This document shows, piece by piece, positions 17,615 to 28,715 of a stretch of DNA of 64,000 nucleotides. A program made the translations under genes and the position numbers. This DNA comes from an uncultured virus (IMG/VR IMGVR_UViG_3300010885_062120) (Duplodnaviria > Heunggongvirae > Uroviricota > Caudoviricetes). Below the pieces are notes generated by a model that was not told the origin of the DNA, made no database searches, and was given only the letters and a program-made list of their open reading frames with translations. The stretch is taken from the IMG/VR virus record IMGVR_UViG_3300010885_062120; one strand, given 5' to 3'. Numbering within the stretch: the stretch's first letter is position 1; each line of letters begins with the position of its first letter.

Positions 17615-20600
17615 TTAGGTAATAGTAAGGCTTGTAGAAACTGCTCCACCATTAAGGGTTGCAGTTATTGTTGCGATTGTAAGTTCAGTAACCGAAGTTG
17701 TTGTAACAGTAAATGTCACCCTAGAATTGCCAGTTGTAATGGTAACTGATGCCGGAACTGATGCATGTACGTTATCTGATGAAAGCGTAATTACAGTACC
17801 GCCTGTCGGGGCTGGGCCAACTATAGTAACGGCACATGTTGTCGGAGAACCACCAGCCACAGATGTGGCTGTTAATAACAACCCAGATAAACTCTCTGGC
17901 CTCATCCAATAAAGATCATCGGTAGATGTTTCTAACTGAACCGCTATATCGTCAATCACGGCTGGATCGGCGTCTACAGAAACCAACAATGCAGCAAATC
18001 TAATGTATTGAGATGGAGTGTCCAATGTAAACACAGAATTAGGAGTCAAGCTGCTATAGTTAGACAATTGGAATGCTTTATTTTCATCAGGATCTGTAGT
18101 ATATTTAAATTCAATAATACCACCATTTTCCATGCCATTATAAGTCAATAATCCTCTTCTAATTAGAGGAGCTGGAGTAGAGTCCAACTGGCTTGTGGTG
18201 TCAAATAATTTGGTATAGAAAAATGTAGCTTCTGACGCAAAGTAATAAATACTTACTGAATCTATATATGGAGTGACTGCTTCTGTTGCAGTTGTCAATA
18301 CGGCCTTATACTGAATCCACTGTCCACCAAATGCTGATAAAGAATATGTATTTGTAATTGTACCACTCGCATCTCCATCAATTGTAGAATATGTGAATGG
18401 AATTCCCCAATCTTTTTCTAATAATTCAGTTCTTGTATTCGCTGTTCTAATATAAATGTCAACCTTGACACCAGCTTCAAGTCCTGGTCCGCCGCTTGCG
18501 CCTGATGGATAGTTTGCCACTGTTGTGACTTCATCCCATCTTGTTAATGTAGCAACATAAAAAGGCTCAGATTCATAAATGCCTGTTTGTCTGGTCTTCC
18601 TAGTAGGAGCAAATAATGCTGACGTTGGTGTATTTGTAGAAGTATATGTAACAACTGACGAGCCAGATGGAGTAACTCCAGGCGTAATTTGATATATCTT
18701 ACCTACAGGTTCTTGAGAAGAATTACCAACTGCAGCAGTTCCATAAATAATATTATCGATTACAGAAGTATTTGAAATATTATTTGCATTATTTTTGAAT
18801 CTAACATATGCTTTTCTGTTATTTGTTTTTAAAGATGAAGAATCCGCACTGTAGATATTTCCATTTACGGCTATACCATATGCGCTAGAACCCCAGTAAG
18901 CCATTTCTCTTATATTGGTTGAAGTTGGCGGATTAACATATTTAAATGCATCAAGTCCAGTTACATAAGCTGTTACACCATTTGTTGTGTGAGATGATAT
19001 AGTCCAAAAGATGTCATTGTCTGGGCTATTTGTAAAATCATAATATCTGTCTGCTTGCTGGTCATAAATTCTAGATGTGGTGCTTACGGTGCCATCGTTG
19101 TTAAACGAAATAGCATAAATAGCACCGGATGAATCACCAGCCCAAATCTGATTCTTTCCACTATTGTATTCTATGCTGTCAATTCTGTCTTCTAGTGAAT
19201 CTAGGGTTTGACTCCAAGTATTTCCATCGGTATTATAAACTTGTCCCTTTAATTGGCCGCCAAGTCCTGCAAACAAATACTTGGAAGACTTGCCAAATGA
19301 CAGCACACTTGATTGTGTGAATGTTCTAGACACAGCTAAAGCGCTTGTTGAAGCATTGTAGGAGTAAACTTTACCATCTGGAAAACTCACCCCACTTATT
19401 CCCGTACCTATCCAAAGCTTATTGGCAAAACTTGAAAGTGCTTTAACTGGTGAAAGCCCAACCACTGCATCTGTAAATGTTGTTCCTGTTGTTGTTCTGA
19501 TGACTTTACCAGATTCCAGAGCTGCATATAATTTATTATCATGAACAATAAAGCCATTAACCGAGGAGGCTACAGTATATATAGTTGTACCCACTCCAGA
19601 AGAATTTACATTATAAATATATGATGTATTTCCTATAGCAGAAGAAGCTGCAATAAGTGAATTTTTAAAATAAGCAATTTTTGAGCCAGAAGTTCCCAGT
19701 CCTGCAAAACTAGACCAAACACTTGAAGTATTAACCATATCCCAAGAATATTCTGCAATTCCATCAGTAAATTTAATCCAACCATCACCTATATTAACAC
19801 CTGCAGGAAAAGTATCAGCAAAAGTCTCAGCATCACTAAAATCAGGATAATGTGAAATCTGTAATGCTTTTACACCAACTACGGTGTCTTTTCCAGCAAC
19901 TGTGATAGTGCCAGTGTTATCTTGGTAATAATAATCACCACGATATCTTAACCTTATTGCATACAGCCTCAATGAGTTGGAGGTAAATACATACCTAAAA
20001 TATTCTTGAGTTCTAGAGCTCGCATACATATACAAAAGCTCTTGCCATCCATCGGATGGGCTTGGCTTTACTTCAACTACAAAGTTCTTAGGAATCGTAG
20101 CTGTTACACAAAATTCTATAGATTTTACTATTGGATATAGGCCAGAAACTTTTGTCAAATAATTTACAACTGAATAGCCATTGCCATCACCAAAAGAGTC
20201 TGTCTGGTCTGGTGCTGCAGAACCTCCAAAAGTGGTAGCTGTTCTAATTGTATTATCTAAAATATCTTGAATGAAATAAGCTCCAGATAAAATATTATCA
20301 GAAGTTTCAGTATTGTTATTAGTAGCATAGGAACCAAAATAATGTACTTGCATTCCACCAGATGCTGCATTATAATTCAGAACTGTTTGGCCATAAATGT
20401 TTCCAGTCACCCCGACTGAAGTACCTGTTCCTCCGCCAGTAGCTCCAATGCCTCCACCTGTCACACCCGTGCCAGAATCATATATTACTAACCCAGCAGC
20501 ACTTCCGCTTCGTCTCTCAAATAAATCGCCTGATGGTACCGAGTTTGTATATCCCCCAATTGTCCAATCTAAAGGATCAAAATAATTTACAGGAAAATCG

Positions 20601-21124
20601 GTAGAGTCAAAAGTTACAGGTATATCTTTAAAGGTTGAAAGCCCTACGCCACTGTTGTTTCTTACATTCCCGCCAATATATGACAACGTAATATTTGTTG
20701 TGCCATATCCTGTAGAAAGATTATGAATTAAAGGCTCAGGTAAATTAATTATATATGTTGTATTGCTGGCTGAGTCTCTAGCCCCAAACGTGACGGGCAT
20801 AGGAACGTTATTTACTTTTACATAAAAATTCGACGCGCCGATTGCAGGCAACATCGGCGTAGATGCGGTAGTAAAAGTGGCAGCAATAGACAAGCCATCT
20901 GCTGAAAGTTCAGCGGAGCTTAATTCTGGATCAGAAGACAATGCAGAAACCACAGTTTCTTCAGAGAAACTGTGGACTTCATTTAGATTGTTTGAAAAAT
21001 CTGGCAGTTGATCAAATGATATTTCGATTGGTTTATCGAGATTGCTGTCAGAATTTACTTTATTATCTTGAATATCTTTTTTATTATTGTTAGGATTAGG
21101 GGAATTATTTTTTCTCGAGTCCAT
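17615..21124 (-). CDS. Large virion-type protein: SwmB-like N-terminal repeat, beta-propeller, C-terminal Ig-like repeat
   Basis: SAELSADG..F.V.VN...ITLSY..G repeat; propeller-like LYA/LWIGT blades; terminal SVAGG..GPAPTGG..SVPASVTI module. Confidence 0.6.
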   Translation of the reverse strand: MDSRKNNSPNPNNNKKDIQDNKVNSDSNLDKPIEISFDQLPDFSNNLNEVHSFSEETVVSALSSDPELSSAELSADGLSIAATFTTASTPMLPAIGASNFYVKVNNVPMPVTFGARDSASNTTYIINLPEPLIHNLSTGYGTTNITLSYIGGNVRNNSGVGLSTFKDIPVTFDSTDFPVNYFDPLDWTIGGYTNSVPSGDLFERRSGSAAGLVIYDSGTGVTGGGIGATGGGTGTSVGVTGNIYGQTVLNYNAASGGMQVHYFGSYATNNNTETSDNILSGAYFIQDILDNTIRTATTFGGSAAPDQTDSFGDGNGYSVVNYLTKVSGLYPIVKSIEFCVTATIPKNFVVEVKPSPSDGWQELLYMYASSRTQEYFRYVFTSNSLRLYAIRLRYRGDYYYQDNTGTITVAGKDTVVGVKALQISHYPDFSDAETFADTFPAGVNIGDGWIKFTDGIAEYSWDMVNTSSVWSSFAGLGTSGSKIAYFKNSLIAASSAIGNTSYIYNVNSSGVGTTIYTVASSVNGFIVHDNKLYAALESGKVIRTTTGTTFTDAVVGLSPVKALSSFANKLWIGTGISGVSFPDGKVYSYNASTSALAVSRTFTQSSVLSFGKSSKYLFAGLGGQLKGQVYNTDGNTWSQTLDSLEDRIDSIEYNSGKNQIWAGDSSGAIYAISFNNDGTVSTTSRIYDQQADRYYDFTNSPDNDIFWTISSHTTNGVTAYVTGLDAFKYVNPPTSTNIREMAYWGSSAYGIAVNGNIYSADSSSLKTNNRKAYVRFKNNANNISNTSVIDNIIYGTAAVGNSSQEPVGKIYQITPGVTPSGSSVVTYTSTNTPTSALFAPTRKTRQTGIYESEPFYVATLTRWDEVTTVANYPSGASGGPGLEAGVKVDIYIRTANTRTELLEKDWGIPFTYSTIDGDASGTITNTYSLSAFGGQWIQYKAVLTTATEAVTPYIDSVSIYYFASEATFFYTKLFDTTSQLDSTPAPLIRRGLLTYNGMENGGIIEFKYTTDPDENKAFQLSNYSSLTPNSVFTLDTPSQYIRFAALLVSVDADPAVIDDIAVQLETSTDDLYWMRPESLSGLLLTATSVAGGSPTTCAVTIVGPAPTGGTVITLSSDNVHASVPASVTITTGNSRVTFTVTTTSVTELTIATITATLNGGAVSTSLTIT

Positions 21125-21163
21125 GTTACTATCTATTTTACAGCTTAGAAGGCTAAAGCCCTA

Positions 21164-24100
21164 TTATGACGGTACTGTTTTTTGATTATTAATAATTCCC
21201 CTTTGTCCTGCTACAATTAAGTTTTCTTTGAATGATGTTACTGCAAGCGGTCTAACTATTCCACTACCCCCAGTAAATCTAGAAGTCTGCGGGTCTTCAT
21301 ACTTCCAAACTTGCTGTTGTGGATAGTACGACCAGGCCTTAAATGCATGGTCATCTGGGTTGTCTGCCAGTCTCTTGGTATAATACCCATCAGTAAGAGC
21401 CCACACAGATCCTTGATGTTCAGCGAATTTTCGAACACCACCAGTTGAATTAAATCTATAACTTACATAAAAATCTTTAATGTCTCTTACGACTGGTGGG
21501 ACAATAGCACCAATGTAGTACCGCAGCCTACTATAAGACCATGTACTTGCAGCTTCATTTTGTACTGTCTTGCCAAATCTCAATTGATAAGTTGAAGAAG
21601 CCAGTGAAAGGAAATTATCTTCAAAGATAATTGGATTTTCATATTTTCCAACCCAAACTTTGATTGAAGTTCCATCAACCCCAACTCTTACAGGAGTAAA
21701 ATCTCTCGTAATCTGATGATTTCCTGACTCTGTGACAATAGCTATATAGTCGATATAAATATTTGGCCTTGATGCACTATCTGGTATATCTTCGAATTTT
21801 AAATAAACACTTCGGATTTCACCTTTCCAGCTTGGCTTCAGAATATATGTTTTAAATTCAGAAGAATATGTCAAAGGCTGCTCAAACCATTCGTAGTCCG
21901 TAAATTCTGTTACATCTGGACTGTTACTCCAGGTAAATAGCATTTTTGCATTAGGAGCAAAATATGTTAATGCAGGGTCTACTCTTATTTTTATCAAAAC
22001 CAAGGAATGTGTATCTACCATTATTGAAGTTAAATTTTTAGCCCCAATTAACGGAGATCCTGTATTTGTCGGATCAATCACAAGATGGTTTGAAACCTGA
22101 GTTGTAGTGCCTATGGTTTCAGATTCTGATCCTGTAGTAAGACTACAGAACTGAATATTGGTCCATCCCTGAATAGTAACCGCCGACGCGCCAGTGCCGG
22201 ATCCTGGATTTAATGAATTAGAATCTTCTAAAGAATCTGTCGAAAAATTCCAAAGTTTTTGTATGCCTTTGTCTGGATATGTTTGTGAAACAAGCTCAAA
22301 TGGAGTTACAATATCAGATAAATCAACTAAATTTTTAGTTGTAGATTTGCTTCCACTTGTCACCTTTATTGCAGAGCTTGTAAGCTGTATGTCTAGATAA
22401 TATCTTCCGTCGTTAATTTCAAAGCCCTGTGAACCCAGGCCAGACACATGCTTCATTTCAAATTCAACAGTGTAAATTGTTTCATTTACAATTGCTTGTT
22501 CCCAGTCAGAACCAGTTTCACTTGTAAAATTTTGGTTCTGAGCGCTTGATCCAACTATATTCATGCCATATTTAAAACCAAATTCAGAATTTGGGTCCTC
22601 TATGGCAGTGGCAGAAACTACTGATTGTCCTCTGGTATCTGTTCTTCCATTGTTATAAAATTGCCATGGAGAATGATCTTGAACATATTGAATATCAAAA
22701 TTTTGGGTACTCCAAGCATCATTGTGAGCAAAACTTGAAACAAACTCACCATTATTTGATGGAATTTCTCTGAGATGCTCTGAATAACTATAAATTTCAG
22801 GCCGGTCTGCAATAGCAACTAAAACTTGATTAGAAACTGATATCATATCATTAACAGGCAATAGAATTGGTTCAAACTCATTTACGTCACTTGTCTTCAG
22901 GACGTGTGCGTTCATAGATTCAGTTTCGGTAGTTAAATTTGTTTTATTTAATCTTCGGCCATACTTAAAAATTTTGCCTTGTCTTGTACCAAAGAATATA
23001 TAATCATATGCACTAGTTGCACTAGATATATCATAAGATAAACCATGCAATGTATCTGGAGAGCCAGATGTTGCTATTGAAGTCCAAGAATCCTCCAGGC
23101 CATCTACTGGAGCTCTAAACAAGAAGCTTTCAATAGAAGTCCCAACATAGATATATTCTTTACTTTCATGTTGGAACTGGTGCTTAATTAAACACGAGAT
23201 AGGAAGCTCTGTTCCAGCGTCATTAGACGCTGTGAATATTGGCCCCACTATATTGACGCCATCAAAAGACCAAAGATTCCCAGAACCACCACCTAGAAGA
23301 ATTTCGTTGTCGGTAGAAACTATTGAAAGTATAACTCTCTCATTGGTGATATCTACATCACCAATTTTTTCTACAGAATTTCTATCCCATCTCCAAACCT
23401 GTGCAATTGTCCTTTCGACGGAGCAAACAAAAACAGGGCTTGCTGGCAGTGTGTCTATAAAAACAATGTAACCTTTAGAACCATCAACATAAAATCTGTT
23501 AGAGCCAGCTACTGTTGAATTTGCAACCTGGTACCAGGTTGTGCTATTAACTGTTAACGTGATATTGTCTGTATTGCTAAAGTTAATTCTAGCCAAATAA
23601 GTGGCTGTGTCATTAGACGTGCCATAATAGGCTGTACTACTTGAGAAAGAAGAATCTCTGCTGTCAACAAGTGAAACGTCGCTGTAGCTTTCAGTTTTTA
23701 TAGCAGTCATGAAAACTTTTTCTTCTATGTCTCCTGGAGCTGTCCATGTAATTGCATTATTAATTAATACATTTCTTGGAAAAGTTTCAGCACCTACAGT
23801 GTAAGTAGCTGGCAGAATATTATCCCATGCACCTGTGGGCTGCGACATATTATTTCCATAGTCTCTGACTTGAATTTCAATTCTTTTTACTCCACTAAAC
23901 TGAGAAGTTGAGCCAGTGCCGACTATAGATCTTGTAAAAACGTCACTAAATTGTTGAAAATTTGACCAAGCACTTGTGCCTTCACCATTTATTAATCTAA
24001 ATCTCATATCTTTAACAGATGTAATGAGATCTGAAGATGTAATTTTTAAATTAACAGTTGAAGTATTGGTAAAATCAATTGATGAGCCTGTATTATCAAC

Positions 24101-27100
24101 TATTTCTATTCCTGCAGTTGGAGATGTTGTATCCACAATTGCCAAAAGCTGGGCATTAACAGTCACAGGATATGATTCGCTTATATTGCCAACTTTATCA
24201 ACAACTTGAACCCAAACTTTTCTAGGGCCATCTGTTCCTAAATTTTGAGATGAATCTACATCTGTTGTAAATTCATCAGCGACACCATAAAAATCTTGAT
24301 ACCATGAGCCATAATGATAGATGGTATAAGAAACCGCCCCGCCAATTTCGAATGCGCTCCATTGTTGCCAATCAGAATATATTACTCTGCCAAAGTCAGA
24401 TTCTCTTCCAACTCTAAAAGCTAAAATGCCAGATTGAGAATCTTCAGCTTCAATACCAAGCATCGTAGTTCTTACGCCTGGTTTTAACTGGAGGTTGATT
24501 TTTGGTTTTCCTGTTGTCAAATATTGTGGAGCACTTAAATCTACAGTTACTCCATCTGACAATCCTGATGGCTCAGAAGACACCAACGCATGACTTTCGG
24601 CGCATACCCTTGTATGAATTAAAGCAGTGTCCCAGACATTATCATGACGCTCTCTGTAGGCATGAAATAACTTAAACCATAATGAAGGAACAGCCCTCCA
24701 AGCAGATGTTTCTACTCCATTTGTTACATTTTCCAACAATGTGTTTGATGCATCTTTGTATACATAAGCTGAAAATGAATTTGAATATTTTGCTCTCGCA
24801 AGATTTAATCCATAGGGTAGCTTAACAACAATCCAATAATCATTTCCAGTTGATAAACTCTCAGCAGTTTCATTGCCTAATACAAATTGTAATAAATTAT
24901 TATTAGGTATTTTAAAACCAGGAGAAGCATAAGGTGGCAACTCTTGACCAGAATCATATAAGCTTTCTGTATGTGGAGTTATCCAGTCTGCAAAAATTGG
25001 TGTATCTATTACCCCTGCATCATCTGTGTATATTTGAATAGACGGAAATATTAGAAGAGTATCTTCAATAAGATCTGTATTAGAATTGGTTACCATTAAC
25101 TCAATCAACTGTGGATAAACAGCCAAGTCATAAACTCTTGTTGTTGGTGTAAATTTATGAATGAAATATGAATAATCTACAGTGTTCCAAGATTCGTATA
25201 CAAAATCTCTAAATTCTGTATTTCCAGCCAGCATTTGCTGCCCAAGAAGTGGTTTCAAATATGCAGCTCCAGCACTTGCCTTAACGAGATGCCTTTGGTT
25301 GACTAAATCTAATTCAGATGAATTTACTTTTTTAGGCAAGCCATAAATTTGAACATTCCTTAAATACGCTTCGCCATATTTTGCAGTTGGTTCTAACACA
25401 TTAATAGAAGCTGAAGAATGACCAAGCCTAAATTCATAATCTACTTGTGATCTAACTCCAAATGAAACATACCAACCCATACCCATTCTAGAAGAAGGCA
25501 ATGGCATTTCAAGTCTAGAAGTGCCTACTAAATCTGTGCCTCTTTTAATAATGATTCTAGTCCCATCACCTATGCCATCTGGACTTTCATCACTAATTAT
25601 TATTTTCCAAGATTCTCCATTGGTATCAGTATCATCATAGCTATAAGGTAAATAAATTTTATTAGTTAATGTATTGTCAATTTTTCGTTGAGTTATTGTG
25701 ATATAAGAACTTTCTCTGTCAAAAGCGACCATCAAAGTCGGCTTGTTTATAAGTTCATCAGTATCTGAATTTAAACCGTCGCATCTGACACCCATAGGTC
25801 TGTCATTATAAGGATCAAATGGACCAGGAGCTGGTGTAAGTACAGGATTTGGACTTACACAAACATAAAATTCACCGTGCACTGGTAAAAAATCAAAATT
25901 AATTAAACATCTATCAGAAAATGTTGGCATGTATGCAAAAACTTCTGCGATTGCCCTTCCGCTTGCCGGTACAGCAGTTAAAAAATGATAACCATCAGAA
26001 ACATCTACATCAGATGTTTCGGTGTTGTTTTCTTCAATCTCTTCCCAAACACCATTGGTTATAGCCGTTTGCCAACCGTCTACCGAAGTATTTGTAGTAG
26101 GCAAAGAATCAAATTGTATATCATCATTATTGCAATCTCCAGAATCTACATCAAGCAATATTCTACCGCTACCAAATGCTATTTCATCAACAGAATATGA
26201 AACCGTTCCTGAAATAGCCTCTACAATTACATTCGCGCCTATATTTCCAGCATATCCTCTGGTTGCTAATACTGCAGAGCCAAGCAAATATGATTTAGTT
26301 TTATCTGATTCTGGTGTTAAATATGCTCTAACAACTCTTCTTTCATCAAATACATTAGAAGCAATTATATCACCAGGTCTTACAAAGTCTGAAGAATACA
26401 ATTCTATAATAGCGCCCTGTTTCAAATGATTTACAATTGACTTGGGTAAAGCAGTAGTTTGTATTTGATATGCTGGTCCTGAAATTATTCCAATCACATT
26501 ATTGTATCTTCTGTACAACTTTGCCCTCGGATATGTTCCTAAATTGCCATTTGCGAATTCTATTCTAATTTCAAGCTCATCTGATGTCCCGGAGTTGATA
26601 GCCTGAGTATGGCCAGTTGTATGAATCCTAAGAGAAACAGCAAAAGAATATGACTGATTATCATTAGCACTTATTGAAACTTTTGACTGAGCGAATAAAT
26701 CAGGTGAATAAGTACCTGGAGCTATTGTGCTTGTTGAATAAAAAGCCTTACCGGTATTAGATGCAAGTGATCCAGATGCAACAGTGTTAATTGCTACAGT
26801 TCCATCAGATGTATATGCGCCAGAAGAAGGAGTGTAATTATATCTGGTAAGAGTAGTGGCTGTATAGGTATTATAATCTGGGGCTAAAGTTCTTTTAATA
26901 TTTGCTAAAGTTGTGATATTAGATTTAATATTATATGTTTCGTCCCCTGGGTCTGTGCCTCGAAGTTCAATAATATCAGCAGTATATCTAGCTACGCCAG
27001 TTCCATATAAGCCTGTCGCGGCTTCATTTGCTGCATTGAATCTCCATAAAGATTTTCTTCCACTATACCCTGTGATTCTTGTAATAGCGTCTGGCTGACC

Positions 27101-27673
27101 AGGTCTAGTACCTGATTCTGGTTGCCAAAATACTTGGTCATAAATTCCTTGGCTATTAGGATATGTACCCTGTTCTCCAGAAATTGATTGAACTTGAATT
27201 TGGTAGTAAACAGTAGAAAGTCCACCATTTGCAGAAAGCGGCCAGTTGTTAATAATAAATAAATCATCACCAGCTTCTTCAGATCTACTTAATTCTAAAG
27301 GAACATTGTCTGGATCAAAAAAGGCTGCAGGGTTAATATTAAATATAAAATTTTTATTACTTCCAGTCACAACATTAGCAGGGTTAGCATCATTTGTAGC
27401 ATAGGGGAAGTCATTAATCTGAATTGTAGAAGATACCGCAAAATCTGGATCGTTTGAAAGTTTAATCCAATTAATTGTTTTTAAATCTACAGGCTCTCTT
27501 AAATCTGTATCTGCCAACTGGAGTCCAAAGGTCAATGAGACTCTATTGTTGTCAAGGTCTGGGTTTAAGCTTGCTTTACCTGTGAAATATGTTTCACCAT
27601 CATTAATGATTTCATTTTGAAGATAGCTATTTTTTAAGTTTGGCGGAAGTACAACTCTAATATTTAAAGACAT
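21164..27673 (-). CDS. Very large putative virion protein (Ig-like plus beta-propeller)
   Basis: 2169 aa; Ig-like GPRKVWVQVVDKVGN and KRIEIQVRDYGNN ends; propeller-like blades. Confidence 0.6.
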   Translation of the reverse strand: MSLNIRVVLPPNLKNSYLQNEIINDGETYFTGKASLNPDLDNNRVSLTFGLQLADTDLREPVDLKTINWIKLSNDPDFAVSSTIQINDFPYATNDANPANVVTGSNKNFIFNINPAAFFDPDNVPLELSRSEEAGDDLFIINNWPLSANGGLSTVYYQIQVQSISGEQGTYPNSQGIYDQVFWQPESGTRPGQPDAITRITGYSGRKSLWRFNAANEAATGLYGTGVARYTADIIELRGTDPGDETYNIKSNITTLANIKRTLAPDYNTYTATTLTRYNYTPSSGAYTSDGTVAINTVASGSLASNTGKAFYSTSTIAPGTYSPDLFAQSKVSISANDNQSYSFAVSLRIHTTGHTQAINSGTSDELEIRIEFANGNLGTYPRAKLYRRYNNVIGIISGPAYQIQTTALPKSIVNHLKQGAIIELYSSDFVRPGDIIASNVFDERRVVRAYLTPESDKTKSYLLGSAVLATRGYAGNIGANVIVEAISGTVSYSVDEIAFGSGRILLDVDSGDCNNDDIQFDSLPTTNTSVDGWQTAITNGVWEEIEENNTETSDVDVSDGYHFLTAVPASGRAIAEVFAYMPTFSDRCLINFDFLPVHGEFYVCVSPNPVLTPAPGPFDPYNDRPMGVRCDGLNSDTDELINKPTLMVAFDRESSYITITQRKIDNTLTNKIYLPYSYDDTDTNGESWKIIISDESPDGIGDGTRIIIKRGTDLVGTSRLEMPLPSSRMGMGWYVSFGVRSQVDYEFRLGHSSASINVLEPTAKYGEAYLRNVQIYGLPKKVNSSELDLVNQRHLVKASAGAAYLKPLLGQQMLAGNTEFRDFVYESWNTVDYSYFIHKFTPTTRVYDLAVYPQLIELMVTNSNTDLIEDTLLIFPSIQIYTDDAGVIDTPIFADWITPHTESLYDSGQELPPYASPGFKIPNNNLLQFVLGNETAESLSTGNDYWIVVKLPYGLNLARAKYSNSFSAYVYKDASNTLLENVTNGVETSAWRAVPSLWFKLFHAYRERHDNVWDTALIHTRVCAESHALVSSEPSGLSDGVTVDLSAPQYLTTGKPKINLQLKPGVRTTMLGIEAEDSQSGILAFRVGRESDFGRVIYSDWQQWSAFEIGGAVSYTIYHYGSWYQDFYGVADEFTTDVDSSQNLGTDGPRKVWVQVVDKVGNISESYPVTVNAQLLAIVDTTSPTAGIEIVDNTGSSIDFTNTSTVNLKITSSDLITSVKDMRFRLINGEGTSAWSNFQQFSDVFTRSIVGTGSTSQFSGVKRIEIQVRDYGNNMSQPTGAWDNILPATYTVGAETFPRNVLINNAITWTAPGDIEEKVFMTAIKTESYSDVSLVDSRDSSFSSSTAYYGTSNDTATYLARINFSNTDNITLTVNSTTWYQVANSTVAGSNRFYVDGSKGYIVFIDTLPASPVFVCSVERTIAQVWRWDRNSVEKIGDVDITNERVILSIVSTDNEILLGGGSGNLWSFDGVNIVGPIFTASNDAGTELPISCLIKHQFQHESKEYIYVGTSIESFLFRAPVDGLEDSWTSIATSGSPDTLHGLSYDISSATSAYDYIFFGTRQGKIFKYGRRLNKTNLTTETESMNAHVLKTSDVNEFEPILLPVNDMISVSNQVLVAIADRPEIYSYSEHLREIPSNNGEFVSSFAHNDAWSTQNFDIQYVQDHSPWQFYNNGRTDTRGQSVVSATAIEDPNSEFGFKYGMNIVGSSAQNQNFTSETGSDWEQAIVNETIYTVEFEMKHVSGLGSQGFEINDGRYYLDIQLTSSAIKVTSGSKSTTKNLVDLSDIVTPFELVSQTYPDKGIQKLWNFSTDSLEDSNSLNPGSGTGASAVTIQGWTNIQFCSLTTGSESETIGTTTQVSNHLVIDPTNTGSPLIGAKNLTSIMVDTHSLVLIKIRVDPALTYFAPNAKMLFTWSNSPDVTEFTDYEWFEQPLTYSSEFKTYILKPSWKGEIRSVYLKFEDIPDSASRPNIYIDYIAIVTESGNHQITRDFTPVRVGVDGTSIKVWVGKYENPIIFEDNFLSLASSTYQLRFGKTVQNEAASTWSYSRLRYYIGAIVPPVVRDIKDFYVSYRFNSTGGVRKFAEHQGSVWALTDGYYTKRLADNPDDHAFKAWSYYPQQQVWKYEDPQTSRFTGGSGIVRPLAVTSFKENLIVAGQRGIINNQKTVPS

Positions 27674-27745
27674 TTTTGCTTAACCAATTTTTATTTATAA
27701 TTATAATTATTCTTTATACATCCAGCCAATCACTTGCTTGATAAA

Positions 27746-28711
27746 TTAAAATCTCAGTTCGCTTGTAGCTCTGGTTGTAAATGTCGATGCTGGGTCATCT
27801 GCTTTCATAGGCAATGCTATCTGTTGGATTATATCCACATAGACACTAAAATATACAAAGCCGTCAACTGTGAACACAGTATCTTCTTCATAAAATACAT
27901 AACTTCCAGAATATACAGATGGTCCAGAAGCAGAAATTTTTGTCAAACTAACAGCTACGGGATTTGTGATTGTATCCAAACCATTTGGTAAATAAATTAA
28001 TAACTTTACAGGCAAGTCACTCGAAAGTTCTTGACTACAAACTACTCTAAAATACATAGTTTTACTTTTAGGGCCTTTACCTTGATCATAATAATATTGC
28101 TCTTCGTCAGTTAGGTCTTCGCCGTGGGCTGGAACTGTAGATATTACAGGAACGCCAAATCTAATAGGTCTTGGATGAGTCCAGGCATGATCAAATATAC
28201 CAATTGAAAATTCTGGGCCTCGACTTCCTATTGGAACAAATATATTTGAATCAATAGTTAATGGAGAAAAATAATTCAAAGCCTGAAAGTCTTTATTTTC
28301 CTCAACTTGATATATTTCTATTCTTAAGTCTGGAGAAGATGTATTTAAGGTTAAAATATTTTTATTAAATGTTACAATTGTTCCATCTATAATATCTATT
28401 GCTATATTTAATTTGCCAAATTTTCCAATTGCTTTATTTTTTTGATAATTAAAGGACTCGAAAGATTCTAATTTTAAATTTATAGATCTTACTTTTGGAG
28501 ATTCTTGGGTATATAAAATATTTAATTTATTATTTTCTGCATAGAGTGCTATATGAAAATTTTCTTCAATCTGATATGCAATTGCTTGCGATATGGCACC
28601 CAGGCATGAATTAACTGGTGCATCAATTAATGTTAATTTTAATTTGTTTTTGCCAATAATAATATCAAGATTGTTATCATTTAAATTTGATTGTATTTTT
28701 AAATTTTCCAT
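27746..28711 (-). CDS. Hypothetical protein in structural cluster
   Basis: 321-aa ORF in the same operon. Confidence 0.65.
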   Translation of the reverse strand: MENLKIQSNLNDNNLDIIIGKNKLKLTLIDAPVNSCLGAISQAIAYQIEENFHIALYAENNKLNILYTQESPKVRSINLKLESFESFNYQKNKAIGKFGKLNIAIDIIDGTIVTFNKNILTLNTSSPDLRIEIYQVEENKDFQALNYFSPLTIDSNIFVPIGSRGPEFSIGIFDHAWTHPRPIRFGVPVISTVPAHGEDLTDEEQYYYDQGKGPKSKTMYFRVVCSQELSSDLPVKLLIYLPNGLDTITNPVAVSLTKISASGPSVYSGSYVFYEEDTVFTVDGFVYFSVYVDIIQQIALPMKADDPASTFTTRATSELRF

Positions 28712-28715
28712 ATAT

